From NCBI GenBank assembly GCA_028712155.1, contig JAQTQO010000001.1, positions 1,501-65,500 on the forward strand: a stretch of DNA of 64,000 nucleotides. Direction: 5' to 3'. The DNA is from Patescibacteria group bacterium (lineage in GTDB: Bacteria > Patescibacteriota > Patescibacteriia > Buchananbacterales > GWA2-38-13). The translations under genes and the position numbers were made by a program. Of the stretch, positions 9,392 through 19,427 are shown one piece after another. The notes beneath the pieces were generated by a model that was not told the origin of the DNA, searched no databases, and saw nothing but the letters and a program-made list of their open reading frames with translations. Every line of letters begins with the position of its first letter. Position 1 is the stretch's first letter.

Positions 9392-11314
9392 ATGGAACCA
9401 AAACGGCTTCGACAATTGCAACAGCAGTCCGGCGTTGATTCCGAGCTGCTGAAAATTTACCGCGATTACAACGGTCAGGTACCGGATATTTCGCGTCTGC
9501 AAATCCACCGGACCAATTGGACCGCCCGGATTTTGGGGTGGGCGCTGGCACTCGGCGTGGTGGGGGGATTGGGGTGGTGGGCGTGGGCGTCGTTTATCGG
9601 CGGGAATGGCACCGCGGCGTCGAGCCTGCGGGTGGCCGTGACCGCGCCGCCCGAGCTGGCGTCCGGCGAAGCGGTGACCTACGCGATCAGCTACGAGAAC
9701 GTCGACCGGGTGGCGCTGCAGGGCGTTGAATTGAATGTGCGGTATCCCGAAGGGTTTACGTTCGTCAGTGCGGAGCCGACTCCGTCGAATGCATATCACA
9801 ATACCTGGCAGCTCGGGCAATTGCTGTCCGGTCGCAGCGGACAAGTCCGCATCACCGGGAAGGTGGTGGGAAACATCGGGAGCATCGTGACCGTGACCGG
9901 GACCGCGACCTACCGGCCGCAGAATTTCAACGAATCGTTCAAGGCCAAGAATGATTTTACCTCCAGCAGCCAGATCACCACTTCGCTTTTGACGCTGGAA
10001 ATTGCCGGGCCGGGGCAGGCGGTGGCCGATCGCGAAGTGACGTACACGGTGAACTACGTGAACGCGTCCGATAATCCGTTAAGCGACGTGCTCATCGTGG
10101 CGACGTACCCCGCCGGATTTACCTTCCGCAAGGCGACCCCGGGAATCAAGCCGCCGTCCATCACTGTCGCGTATCCGTCAAACGTTGGCGGCAAGCCGCC
10201 GGATGCGACGTGGGTGATCCCGACGATCGAACCGAAGGCGAAAGGGCAGATAGTTCTTGTCGGTGGATTTCCGACCGCACAGCAGGTCAACGGGAACGGC
10301 GGGCGTGAACTGGTCGTACGCGGGGGGTTTGTCGATGAAACCGGGACTTTTTCGCTCCAGCAGGAGCAGCGGTTCACGACCGCGCTGCTGCAGCCCAACC
10401 TGCAGCTTTCCCTCATCATCAACGGTCAGACCACCGACAAACCGGTGAATTTCGGCGATACGCTTGACTTCCGGGTGGTCTACAAAAATTTGGGGAAGGA
10501 GAAGCTGCAGGATGTCCGGATTACCGTTGAAATCGCGTCGAAGCTGATCGATTGGAACACGTTGACCGACAAGAATCTCGGCCGGGTCAGCGGCAACTCG
10601 ATCCAGTGGGATCAGCTGGGCATCGCGGGACTGGCGGAAATTCCGCCGCTCGGTGAAGGAACCATTGATTTTTCCGTTCAACTGAAACCGCAGCAATCCG
10701 TTGAGGCCGGGGTCGAAAATTTCAGTACCGTCAGCACGGCAAAAGCGGCGATCGCTTCGGTGGATAATTTAGCTTCCGACCAGGTGGTGGCGGCCACGCC
10801 GATCACCAATACCGTCAATACGTCGCTGACGCTGAAAGCCCAGGGACGGTATTTCAACGACGATAATCTGGCCGTCGGTTCCGGGCCGTTGCCCCCGGTG
10901 GTCGGTGAAAAAACCTCGTTCCGCATTTATTGGTCGCTGCAAAACAGTTTGCATGAGGCGAAGCGCGTGACGGTGACCACCAAGCTGTCCGCCGACGTCG
11001 TATGGGAGAATAAGCAGATCGCCTCGACCGGGCAGCTGATCTATAATCCGGATGACCGCACGGTGACGTGGGCGATCACGTCGATGCCGACCAAGGCGAG
11101 CGAGGAAGATTATAACGCATGGTTTGACATATCGGTCACCCCGGCCCAGGACGAGGTGGGAAAGCTTTTGCTGCTGACCAGTGAAACGAATCTTGCGGCG
11201 ACCGACGCCGTCACCAACGCCCCGATCGACGGCATGGTCCGAAGCATCACGTCAAATCTCGAGGACGACCCGTCCGTCGCGGGCCGCGGCTTGGTCGTTG
11301 AGCTCGGGCAGTAA
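9392..11314 (+). CDS. Single-pass membrane protein with repeated Ig-like (DUF11-type) beta domains
   Basis: One TM; repeated VTYxIxYxN...YPxGFTF units; GPLPPVVG motif. Confidence 0.75.
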   Translation: MEPKRLRQLQQQSGVDSELLKIYRDYNGQVPDISRLQIHRTNWTARILGWALALGVVGGLGWWAWASFIGGNGTAASSLRVAVTAPPELASGEAVTYAISYENVDRVALQGVELNVRYPEGFTFVSAEPTPSNAYHNTWQLGQLLSGRSGQVRITGKVVGNIGSIVTVTGTATYRPQNFNESFKAKNDFTSSSQITTSLLTLEIAGPGQAVADREVTYTVNYVNASDNPLSDVLIVATYPAGFTFRKATPGIKPPSITVAYPSNVGGKPPDATWVIPTIEPKAKGQIVLVGGFPTAQQVNGNGGRELVVRGGFVDETGTFSLQQEQRFTTALLQPNLQLSLIINGQTTDKPVNFGDTLDFRVVYKNLGKEKLQDVRITVEIASKLIDWNTLTDKNLGRVSGNSIQWDQLGIAGLAEIPPLGEGTIDFSVQLKPQQSVEAGVENFSTVSTAKAAIASVDNLASDQVVAATPITNTVNTSLTLKAQGRYFNDDNLAVGSGPLPPVVGEKTSFRIYWSLQNSLHEAKRVTVTTKLSADVVWENKQIASTGQLIYNPDDRTVTWAITSMPTKASEEDYNAWFDISVTPAQDEVGKLLLLTSETNLAATDAVTNAPIDGMVRSITSNLEDDPSVAGRGLVVELGQ

Positions 11315-11387
11315 CAAAAGCGCAAAACGACTTAGGTATTTTTGAATATTACGTTGTCGTTTTTGCGTTTCCATTTTATTATCCGGA

Positions 11388-12509
11388 ATGTTTCAAATAC
11401 TCAAAACTTCGAAAATTTCCAGCGCCCGAATCTCGCGCCTGGCCACTCCTCACGGCACCGTCGACGGGCCTTTTTTTATGCCGATCGCGACGCGGGGGGC
11501 GGTCAAGCATTTGGCGGCCGATGAATTGGATGCCGTGGGCGCTTCCATAATTCTTTCCAACACGTACCATCTTTCCTTGCGGCCCGGGGCGGCGTTGGTC
11601 GCCCGCGGCGGCGGTTTGCACCGGTTGATGTCCTGGAAAAAACCGATCCTGACGGACTCGGGCGGTTTTCAGGTTTTCTCTTTGGCGCGCTGGCGGAAAG
11701 TAACCGACCGCGGAGTGGAGTTCCGTGATCCGACCACCGGTCAGCGCGTATTCCTCACTCCGCGGCGGGCGATTGCCATCCAACGCCAGCTGGGCTCCGA
11801 CATTCTGATGGTATTGGACGAATGTGTCGGGTTCACCGCCACCCGTGATCAAATTGCCGCTGCGGTCGACCGCACGACCCGCTGGGCGCAGGCGGCGGTC
11901 CCGCACCTGCCCCGGGGGCGGCGCCGCCCGCTGACGTTTGCCATCGTGCAGGGCGGGGTATATGCGCCGCTGCGCAAGCGTTCGGCCCAGGCGCTGGTAG
12001 CGATGCCTTTTGACGGATACGCCATCGGAGGTTTGGCGTTACCGGGGATCCATGAGTCGCGCGGAAAAATGCTTGCCACCGTTGGCCAGACGGCCGCGCT
12101 GTTACCGCCGCATAAACCGCGTTACCTGATGGGCGTCGGAAAGCCGGAGGAAATTCTCGCCGCCGTCAAACTCGGGGTAGACATGTTTGATTGCGTTATC
12201 CCGACCCGTGAAGCGCGGCACGGGCGTGCCTATGTGTGGTCGCAGTCCGGCCGTCGTATCGGATCGCGAGGGAATAGGTTGTTTTACCATACCGTGCAAG
12301 TGAAAAACAAAAGATTGAAAACACGTTTTCAACCGCTGGATAAAAAATGCAAATGTTTTTGCTGTAAAAATTACACCGCGGCCTACCTGAACCATCTCTT
12401 TCACGTCAACGAACCTCTGGGCCAGCGTTTGGTGACGCTCCACAATCTGAAATTTTACCTCGATTCGATGGCGGAAATCCGCCGGGCCATCCGTGCAGGA
12501 AGTCTATAG
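11388..12509 (+). CDS. tgt: tRNA-guanine transglycosylase
   Basis: NTYHL, TDSGGFQVFSL, LDEC, PRYLMGVG, DMFDCV, CKCFCC Zn site, HNL. Confidence 0.96.
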   Translation: MFQILKTSKISSARISRLATPHGTVDGPFFMPIATRGAVKHLAADELDAVGASIILSNTYHLSLRPGAALVARGGGLHRLMSWKKPILTDSGGFQVFSLARWRKVTDRGVEFRDPTTGQRVFLTPRRAIAIQRQLGSDILMVLDECVGFTATRDQIAAAVDRTTRWAQAAVPHLPRGRRRPLTFAIVQGGVYAPLRKRSAQALVAMPFDGYAIGGLALPGIHESRGKMLATVGQTAALLPPHKPRYLMGVGKPEEILAAVKLGVDMFDCVIPTREARHGRAYVWSQSGRRIGSRGNRLFYHTVQVKNKRLKTRFQPLDKKCKCFCCKNYTAAYLNHLFHVNEPLGQRLVTLHNLKFYLDSMAEIRRAIRAGSL

Positions 12510-12641
12510 TCAGGTACCGGATGCTGTGCGCGACACTTCAGCAAAAATGGATCAACCGGTGCGAAGCCGGTTTTTTCGCATCGAGCGGATTTTTCGTACC
12601 GAATACAAAACGGTCGAATAATATGGTATAATTCACTCATT

Positions 12642-13040
12642 ATGACCCGCAGCGTTGTCCTCAGCTCACTCAAGTATTTTTCGCTTGACCTCGTTGGAAA
12701 AGTGCTGTATTGGCCCCTGTGGTGGTATACCGTCGGCTTTCAAAAGCTCATGACGATCACGGCGGGGAATGTTTTGGAAGAAGAGCACCAGCTCGGCGTC
12801 GTGTTGTGGTGGAAGAATCTTTTCGTGCCGATGTACGGCCAGTACGATTGGCAGGGGCGGATTATCAGTTTCTTCATGCGGCTGGTTATCGGCATCGCGC
12901 GCATCGCCCTCCTGGTGGTGTGGTTTGCGTTTTCCTTGACGGTTATTGTCGCGTGGGTACTGGTGCTTCCGTTGGCGGCCTATTTTCTGTGGATTAATGT
13001 TCTCTACGCGTTTGATATCGCCTGGTGGCCATACGCGTAG
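12642..13040 (+). CDS. Small aromatic-rich membrane protein directly upstream of the Clp ATPase
   Basis: YWPLWWY, WKNLFVPMYGQYDWQGRIISFFMR; hydrophobic helices; 3 nt from next ORF. Confidence 0.75.
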   Translation: MTRSVVLSSLKYFSLDLVGKVLYWPLWWYTVGFQKLMTITAGNVLEEEHQLGVVLWWKNLFVPMYGQYDWQGRIISFFMRLVIGIARIALLVVWFAFSLTVIVAWVLVLPLAAYFLWINVLYAFDIAWWPYA

Positions 13041-13043
13041 GCA

Positions 13044-15824
13044 GTGAGGGGTATGGGGGAGAAGCATGCGAAACTTGTGACGCGATTTGCGTGCCCGACA
13101 TGCCGCGGGATAGGCGTGCAGGGGGCGCAGCGCTGCCGTACGTGCGGCGGTCGCGGAACCATCGGGCGGCAGGGCGACCTGATGTTGTATTGGGGGCGTC
13201 CGATCGACTACCGGCATCTGGCGCAACGGCATGTCATCGCCATCGCCCAGTACACGGTGGTGACGATTCTGCTCGGGTTTGCCGCGTTGGGCGTCGGGGG
13301 GCTGCTCTGGCAGCTGATTCTGCTTGACCAGTACGGCGTACCGTTGTGGCGTTTTTGGGAGCAGCAGAATATTTGGATGCTGACGTTTTGGTGGTCATTG
13401 GTGGTGGACAGCTACCTGGTGTATCACTTCTCACAGGAGTACGCCAAAATTCAGCACATCCCGCGGCGAGCCCGGCGGGGAGTCACCGGCGCGGCCGCAC
13501 CGCCGACGTCCTGGGAAACGGCCCTGCAGGTCCGGCGCGGACAGACCGTGAATCTCTCCGACCTCTACACGGCGGAAGCGATCGCGGCGGTTGAAAAGTC
13601 GTGGGAGTTTGCCGCATCATCGCGCCACCACGCGGTGGCGCCTTTGCACCTGCTGGTTGCGCTACTGCAGTTTCCCGCCATGACGGAGATGTTTGTGCGG
13701 TTGGGCGCTCCGTTTACGCGTTTGAATCGGCTGGTGACGGGTGCGTTGCCGCGCTACGCCGTTCCGACCGGAAACGCCCTTACGTTCGACGCCGAATATT
13801 TTGAGGCGCTGTTTTCCGCGTACGAGGAGGCCTGGAGCCGCCAGCAGAAGAAAGTCGACCTTTCGGAACTGCTGGTTGCCTGCGTGACCACCTCCGAGGT
13901 GGTGCGCGACGTTCTCTATGACGTCAAGATCGACACGGACGCGATTCATAACGTCGCCGCATGGTTCCGCGTGCGGCGTGAACAGCGCGCGCGCTACCAT
14001 CATCTCCGCAGCCGCACGTCGTACCGGCCCCGGCGCACGACCATGGACCGCGCGATGACCGCGGTGGCGACGCCGGCCCTCGACAGCTTCAGCCAGGACT
14101 TGACGCAGTTGGCGCGGGCCGGGTACTTAGAGCCGTGCCTTGGCCGCGATCATGAAGTCACCGAAATATTCCGCATTTTTTCGGCCGGCGGCCGGCAGAA
14201 CATCGTGCTGGTCGGCAATCCCGGCATCGGCAAGCGCACCATCGTGAACGGCGTAGCGCAGCTGATGGTCGCCGAGGATGTGCCGAAGTTCATGCAGGAC
14301 AAACGTTTGGTGAGTCTGAGCGTGGCGCGGCTTATTTCCGGGGTGACGGCGAGCGTTGCCGAAGAGCGCTTGCTTCACTGTCTCAACGAAGCCGCGCGTT
14401 CCCGCAATATCATTCTCTTTATCAACGACGTGTCAAAGATGGTGGGGATTTCTCCGGGCGGCAGCGCATCGCTGGATTTGGCCGGGGCCCTTGCCCAGGC
14501 GCTCACCCAGACGGGCCTGCGCGCAATTACCACCGCCTTGCCGACCGACTATAGCCGGTACGTCGAAAATCACCTCCTTGGCCAGGTGCTGGAAAAGATG
14601 AATATTGAAGAACCCGAAGGTAACGACGCCATTCAAATTCTCGAAGCGAAAGTCGGCGCCATCGAGGCGAATTATCACGTATACTTCACGTACGAAGCGA
14701 TCGCGCAGGCAGTCAAATTGAGCGGCCGGTACCTGCACGACCGGTTTTTGCCCGAAAAGGCGATCGAAGTGCTGGATGAAAGCGCCGTGCGCACGCTCAA
14801 CGAAAAAGGGCGCGACAGCTCCGTCACCGGCCAGGATGTCGCCCTGACGGTGTCGGAAAAAACCGGCATCCCATTGACCGAAGTCACCCAGCAGGAATCC
14901 GCCAAGCTGCTGAATCTCGAGCAAGAAATTCACCAGCGCATGGTGGACCAGGAGGAGGCGGTGAAGCTGGTGTCGGCGGCCATCCGGCGGGCGCGGGCCG
15001 AGCTGCGCGACGTGCGGCGGCCGATCGTCAACCTGCTGTTTTTGGGGCCGACCGGCGTGGGCAAGACCGAACTGGCAAAAATCGTCGCGTCGGTGTATTT
15101 CGGGCGGGCGAGCGAACTGATCCGGCTGGATATGTCGGAATACCAGGAGAAATCATCCGTGAACCGCCTCCTGGGGGCGCCCGCAGGTTTTGAAGGGCAC
15201 GGCGAGGGCGGCTATCTGACCGAAGCGGTGCGTCACCATCCGTTCGCCTTGCTGCTGCTGGATGAGATCGAAAAGGCGCATCCGGATATTCTGAATTTGT
15301 TTTTGCAGGTCATGGACGATGGCCGGCTGACGGATGCGGTCGGCCGGACGGTGGATTTTACCAATGTCATTTTGATCGCCACGTCAAACGCCTGTACGCC
15401 GACCATCCAGCGTTTGACGGCTGCAGGGGTCAGCGTGGCGGAGGTAAAAGCCAAATTGCTTTCCGGCGAATTACAGCAGCACTTCCGGCCGGAGTTTCTG
15501 AACCGCTTCGATAGCGTGGTGGTGTTCAAACCGCTGGGCATGCCCGAGGTGCAGAAAATCGCCCGATTGATGCTGCAGGAGGTGGGCAAGCGTTTACTGG
15601 AGAAAGGAGTTTCCCTGCAGCCGACGGATGCGGCAATTGACGAACTCGCCACCGCCGGGTATGATCCGGAGTTCGGGGCCCGGCCGTTGCGGCGCGTGAT
15701 TCAGGAGCGCGTGGACGATGCGATCGCGACAAAAATCCTCGGCGGTGAGCTGGAGCGCCGGGATACCATTATTCTGGACGTGGGCGGACGCGTGACGATC
15801 AAGAAGCCGGCACGCCGGGCATGA
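13044..15824 (+). CDS. Membrane-anchored Clp/Hsp100 AAA+ ATPase with N-terminal CxxCxGxG zinc finger
   Basis: CPTCRGIG/CRTCGGRG, two TMs, Clp-N, D1 GNPGIGKRT, D2 [28 protein letters not shown]. Confidence 0.9.
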   Translation: MRGMGEKHAKLVTRFACPTCRGIGVQGAQRCRTCGGRGTIGRQGDLMLYWGRPIDYRHLAQRHVIAIAQYTVVTILLGFAALGVGGLLWQLILLDQYGVPLWRFWEQQNIWMLTFWWSLVVDSYLVYHFSQEYAKIQHIPRRARRGVTGAAAPPTSWETALQVRRGQTVNLSDLYTAEAIAAVEKSWEFAASSRHHAVAPLHLLVALLQFPAMTEMFVRLGAPFTRLNRLVTGALPRYAVPTGNALTFDAEYFEALFSAYEEAWSRQQKKVDLSELLVACVTTSEVVRDVLYDVKIDTDAIHNVAAWFRVRREQRARYHHLRSRTSYRPRRTTMDRAMTAVATPALDSFSQDLTQLARAGYLEPCLGRDHEVTEIFRIFSAGGRQNIVLVGNPGIGKRTIVNGVAQLMVAEDVPKFMQDKRLVSLSVARLISGVTASVAEERLLHCLNEAARSRNIILFINDVSKMVGISPGGSASLDLAGALAQALTQTGLRAITTALPTDYSRYVENHLLGQVLEKMNIEEPEGNDAIQILEAKVGAIEANYHVYFTYEAIAQAVKLSGRYLHDRFLPEKAIEVLDESAVRTLNEKGRDSSVTGQDVALTVSEKTGIPLTEVTQQESAKLLNLEQEIHQRMVDQEEAVKLVSAAIRRARAELRDVRRPIVNLLFLGPTGVGKTELAKIVASVYFGRASELIRLDMSEYQEKSSVNRLLGAPAGFEGHGEGGYLTEAVRHHPFALLLLDEIEKAHPDILNLFLQVMDDGRLTDAVGRTVDFTNVILIATSNACTPTIQRLTAAGVSVAEVKAKLLSGELQQHFRPEFLNRFDSVVVFKPLGMPEVQKIARLMLQEVGKRLLEKGVSLQPTDAAIDELATAGYDPEFGARPLRRVIQERVDDAIATKILGGELERRDTIILDVGGRVTIKKPARRA

Positions 15825-15858
15825 AGCGTGAATGGCCGCTGCCCGTCACCGCGCATGA

Positions 15859-16908
15859 ATGTACGGAGACATGAATCGGATCCTGTTGTATTTCGGCGTA
15901 GTCATCATTTCGGCTGGAGTGGCGTGGCTCGGCACGCGGCTTTTGGTATACGTTGTTCCCGGCTGGCAGATTACGGATTCACCGAATGGAGAGCGCAAGC
16001 GTCACGCCCGGCCGGTTCCGTTGCTTGGAGGTGCGGCAGTGTGGGGGAGTGTCGTTCTGACCGCGGCGATGCTTTGCGGCCTTGGTTTTTTGCCCGAAGG
16101 GAAAGTCACGTGGTTCGTGCTTTTTGGCATGCTCGCCGGGAGTGCGATGCTAATGATCGGCGGATTTTTCGATGACCGTTTTCATTTGCCTCCTTCTGCG
16201 CAGATGATTGCTCCCGCCCTGGCAGCCGTAACGGCGATCATCAGCGGCGTCGGGTTCACTCTGATTACCAATCCGTTGGGCGGCGTGCTGCGCATTGCCG
16301 GGTGGGTTTCACCGATCCTGGCGTTTGCCTGGTTGCTTGGCATGATGTACACCACGAAATTTCTCGACGGCATTGACGGACTGGTCACGAGCCTGACGGC
16401 AATTGGAGCGTTGATAATTTTTGCGCTCAGCCTCCGGTGGGACGCTCCGTCGGTGAGTACCGCGTTGCTCGCGCTCGCGTTATGCGGAGCGTGCCTGGGG
16501 TTTCTGCCGTTCAACCTTACGCCGGCGAAAATTTTTTTGGGGGAAGGCGGGAGTGTGTTCACCGGTTACCTGCTGGGGTTACTCGCGATCGTGTCAGGGA
16601 GTAAAATCACTACCACGCTGCTGGTCATGGGCGTGCCGATACTTGATGTGGCCTGGGTCATAGCGGAACGGGCGTGGCATCGTACCCCGGTCACGCGCGG
16701 GGACCGCCGCCATCTCCATTTTCGATTACTGGAGCGCGGTTTGAGTACGCGGCAGGTGGTGCTGCTGCTGTCGGCAATTTCGGGGGCGTTTGGGGCAGTC
16801 GCGCTCATCGTTTCTCCCGCCGGAAAGGCGGTGGCGCTCGCGGCACTAGTTGTCGTGGTTATCGGACTGATGCAGTGGGCGCGCCAGGAAAATTTTCATC
16901 GAAGTTGA
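15859..16908 (+). CDS. WecA/TagO-like undecaprenyl-phosphate GlcNAc-1-phosphate transferase (MraY superfamily)
   Basis: PVPLLGG, GFFDD, DGIDGL, PAKIFLGEGGS, DRRHLH. Confidence 0.9.
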   Translation: MYGDMNRILLYFGVVIISAGVAWLGTRLLVYVVPGWQITDSPNGERKRHARPVPLLGGAAVWGSVVLTAAMLCGLGFLPEGKVTWFVLFGMLAGSAMLMIGGFFDDRFHLPPSAQMIAPALAAVTAIISGVGFTLITNPLGGVLRIAGWVSPILAFAWLLGMMYTTKFLDGIDGLVTSLTAIGALIIFALSLRWDAPSVSTALLALALCGACLGFLPFNLTPAKIFLGEGGSVFTGYLLGLLAIVSGSKITTTLLVMGVPILDVAWVIAERAWHRTPVTRGDRRHLHFRLLERGLSTRQVVLLLSAISGAFGAVALIVSPAGKAVALAALVVVVIGLMQWARQENFHRS

Positions 16909-16925
16909 GAATAATATTTACTTGA

Positions 16926-17405
16926 ATGCATCATCAATTTTTTACTTGGTGGTTGGGTGTGGTCGGCGGGCTTGGAGTATGCCTGGTGCTGGCGGCGGTG
17001 TGGTATGCCCGGACAATTCCCGTTAACCGTACCGGCGGCCTTTCAAGTGTGACGGTCACCGTCGGTGGTGTTCGCGTGGTTGCGGAAGTCGCTGCCACGC
17101 CGGAGGAACAGGAGCGCGGACTGTCGGGACGGGTTGATCTGGCGGAAGGAACCGGGATGCTTTTCCCGTTCCGGACGCCGACGCGTCCGACTTTTTGGAT
17201 GCGCGGGATGCTTTTTCCCATCGACATCATCTGGATTCGCGGGTCGTCGGTGGTTGGAATGAGCGAGAATTTGCCGGTTCCCCGCGTCGGTATACCGCTG
17301 CCCATGTTTTCTCCGCCGACATCAGTTACGGCCGCACTGGAAGTGCCGGCCGGGTTTGCCCGCCGTCACCAGCTTCAGGTGGGTAGTGCGGTCGTGCTCG
17401 ATTAG
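16926..17405 (+). CDS. DUF192 family protein
   Basis: RGLSGR, GMLF, FWMRGMLFPIDIIWI, LEVPAG. Confidence 0.9.
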   Translation: MHHQFFTWWLGVVGGLGVCLVLAAVWYARTIPVNRTGGLSSVTVTVGGVRVVAEVAATPEEQERGLSGRVDLAEGTGMLFPFRTPTRPTFWMRGMLFPIDIIWIRGSSVVGMSENLPVPRVGIPLPMFSPPTSVTAALEVPAGFARRHQLQVGSAVVLD

Positions 17406-17478
17406 CCACGTTTCCGGACGGGTGTTGACGAGTTATCAGAAATCCGCTACGATACAATATATTTTTAACGATCCAGTT

Positions 17479-17781
17479 ATGCAGCATGCCGTCATAGTCG
17501 TCGCCGGAAAGCAATACCTCGTGCAGGCCGGCACAAAACTCACCACGGATCACGTAGCCGGGAAGGCGGGGGAAACCGTTGAGTTTCCTAAGCTTTTGTC
17601 GTTCGATGAATCGGCGCAGCAAATCGGTACGCCGAAACTGACGGGTACGGCGAAAGGAAAGATCGTATCCCAGGGCCTCGGCGATAAAGTGATGGTCGTG
17701 AAGTTCAAGCGCAAAGTGCGCTACCGCCGCAAAAGCGGATACCGTACACCGCAGACGGTCCTGGAAATCACCGCGGTGTAG
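17479..17781 (+). CDS. rplU: 50S ribosomal protein bL21
   Basis: AVIVVAGKQYLV ... KFKRKVRYRRKSGYR. Confidence 0.95.
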   Translation: MQHAVIVVAGKQYLVQAGTKLTTDHVAGKAGETVEFPKLLSFDESAQQIGTPKLTGTAKGKIVSQGLGDKVMVVKFKRKVRYRRKSGYRTPQTVLEITAV

Positions 17782-17805
17782 TGCCGGTGACCGGGCATAT
17801 TCCAT

Positions 17806-17836
17806 AACCGTCCCGCACCAATTGCGGGACGGTTTT
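17806..17836 (+). terminator. Intrinsic terminator after rplU
   Basis: AACCGTCCCGCA-loop-TGCGGGACGGTT then TT. Confidence 0.75.
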
Positions 17837-17840
17837 GTGT

Positions 17841-17869
17841 TTGACAAAGTTGCCGTATTTATCTACAAT
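17841..17869 (+). promoter_or_regulatory. sigma70 promoter of purF
   Basis: TTGACA-17 nt-TACAAT; SD AAGGAGGT at 17922-17929. Confidence 0.75.
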
Positions 17870-17934
17870 TTCAGACCCGACGCGTAATTTGACAACCACT
17901 GTTCATTCGAATTGTTTGAGGAAGGAGGTATGCC

Positions 17935-19341
17935 GTGTGTGGGATCGCAGGGTATGCCGTACGGAGAGGAAACGCGGCAGCGCAGGTGCTCAGAATGCAG
18001 GTCGAATTGGAAGGTCGCGGCCAGCATTCAGCCGGAGTCCATGCACTCGGACCGGACGGTACCATCCGGTATCAAAACCGTCTTGGCCCGCCAAGCCACT
18101 TGATCCAGCGCGTCAACTGCGCCGGGTATCCCGGCTGCATGGCGATCGGGCATAACCGGTATGCCACGGCCGGGACGCTGGCGGATGCGCAACCGCTCTG
18201 GGGGAGGATCAACGACCGCCAGATCTCGCTCGCGGTCAACGGCGACACGGTACGGATCGACGGCATGACGGTCGCCGAATATCGGCGCTCGCTGCGGACG
18301 GTGTTTCGTGCCGATTCGGATACGGAAGTGCTGCTGCATTTGGTCGCGCAGATGCCAGGTCTGGATCTCGTGGAAATGCTGCAGAACGCGTTTCGTCGCG
18401 TCGAGGGCGCCTGGAGCTTGCTGGCGCTTCTCAATGACGGCCGGATGGTCGCAATGCGCGACCCGTGGGGCTTCCGTCCGCTCTGGATGGGCCGTGGCAA
18501 GGGCTGCGTGGCGTTCGCTTCCGAAGATTGCGCACTCCCGCGGGAAGCCAGCCGACGCTGTGAGGTCGCGCCGGGCGAGATGATCATCGTCGGACCGGGA
18601 CTCGTCGTTGAACGTCGGACATACGCGCCGCCAGCAGAGCGCCTGTTTAGGTGCTCATTCGAAGAGGTCTACTTCAAAAGCCCGGGCAGTCGCGGCGTGT
18701 ACCGATTTCGGACCGCATGCGGGAAAGCAACGGCCGAGGAGATGATGCGTGCTGATGCGGTTCCCGCCTGCCTGGACGGCGTCGTACCGGTACTGGATTC
18801 CGGGCGCGATGGCGGAAATGCCGTTGCCTACCGGCTGGGGCTGCCGGTCATCTGCGGTGTCAACCGCACCCGCCTCAGCAAGGGTTTCCGGGCGTTCCAG
18901 GGACACACCGAAGCGGCACGCCGCAAAATCGCATTCGGGAAACACGCCCCTAACCGCGAAGCGATCCGCGGGAAGCGGATTCTGCTGGTCGAAGATTCGA
19001 TTGTGCGCGGAGACACGCTCATAGTGCTCATCGCGATGCTGCGTGCCGCCGGAGCGCGCGAGGTCCACGTCGCGGTCGTATCGCCGCGGATCACCGGTCC
19101 CTGCTACTACGGAATCGCCACGCCCAAGCGCGAGAAGCTGATCGCCGCAAACCTCGATATGGAGGAAACCCGTAATAAGCTCGGGGCCGATTCACTCTTT
19201 CATCTTTCCGTCGCCGGGTTTCAGGCAAACTACCACCTGCTCAGCATCGCCGGTTTCCGGGAGCATCTGACCGCCGGCCGTGACGTCTGTGACGCGTGCC
19301 TGACCGGCGACTACCCGCCGTTCGTTTTGCCGGGCGCATAA
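17935..19341 (+). CDS. purF: Amidophosphoribosyltransferase, divergent, Fe-S type
   Basis: N-terminal MCGI (Ntn Cys), GHNRYAT, SDTEV, RDPWGFRPL, CSFEEVYF, VEDSIVRGDT, PCYYGI, CDAC. Confidence 0.9.
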   Translation: MCGIAGYAVRRGNAAAQVLRMQVELEGRGQHSAGVHALGPDGTIRYQNRLGPPSHLIQRVNCAGYPGCMAIGHNRYATAGTLADAQPLWGRINDRQISLAVNGDTVRIDGMTVAEYRRSLRTVFRADSDTEVLLHLVAQMPGLDLVEMLQNAFRRVEGAWSLLALLNDGRMVAMRDPWGFRPLWMGRGKGCVAFASEDCALPREASRRCEVAPGEMIIVGPGLVVERRTYAPPAERLFRCSFEEVYFKSPGSRGVYRFRTACGKATAEEMMRADAVPACLDGVVPVLDSGRDGGNAVAYRLGLPVICGVNRTRLSKGFRAFQGHTEAARRKIAFGKHAPNREAIRGKRILLVEDSIVRGDTLIVLIAMLRAAGAREVHVAVVSPRITGPCYYGIATPKREKLIAANLDMEETRNKLGADSLFHLSVAGFQANYHLLSIAGFREHLTAGRDVCDACLTGDYPPFVLPGA

Positions 19342-19371
19342 CCCCGATTCGTCGAACTTTGCATACCACGC

Positions 19372-19401
19372 AAGAGAGCCTCACCTGAGGCTCTCTTTTT
19401 T
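19372..19401 (+). terminator. Intrinsic terminator after purF
   Basis: AAGAGAGCCTCA-CC-TGAGGCTCTCTT then TTTT. Confidence 0.85.
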
Positions 19402-19427
19402 GTCGGGAGATTACTTGCGATGCCGTT

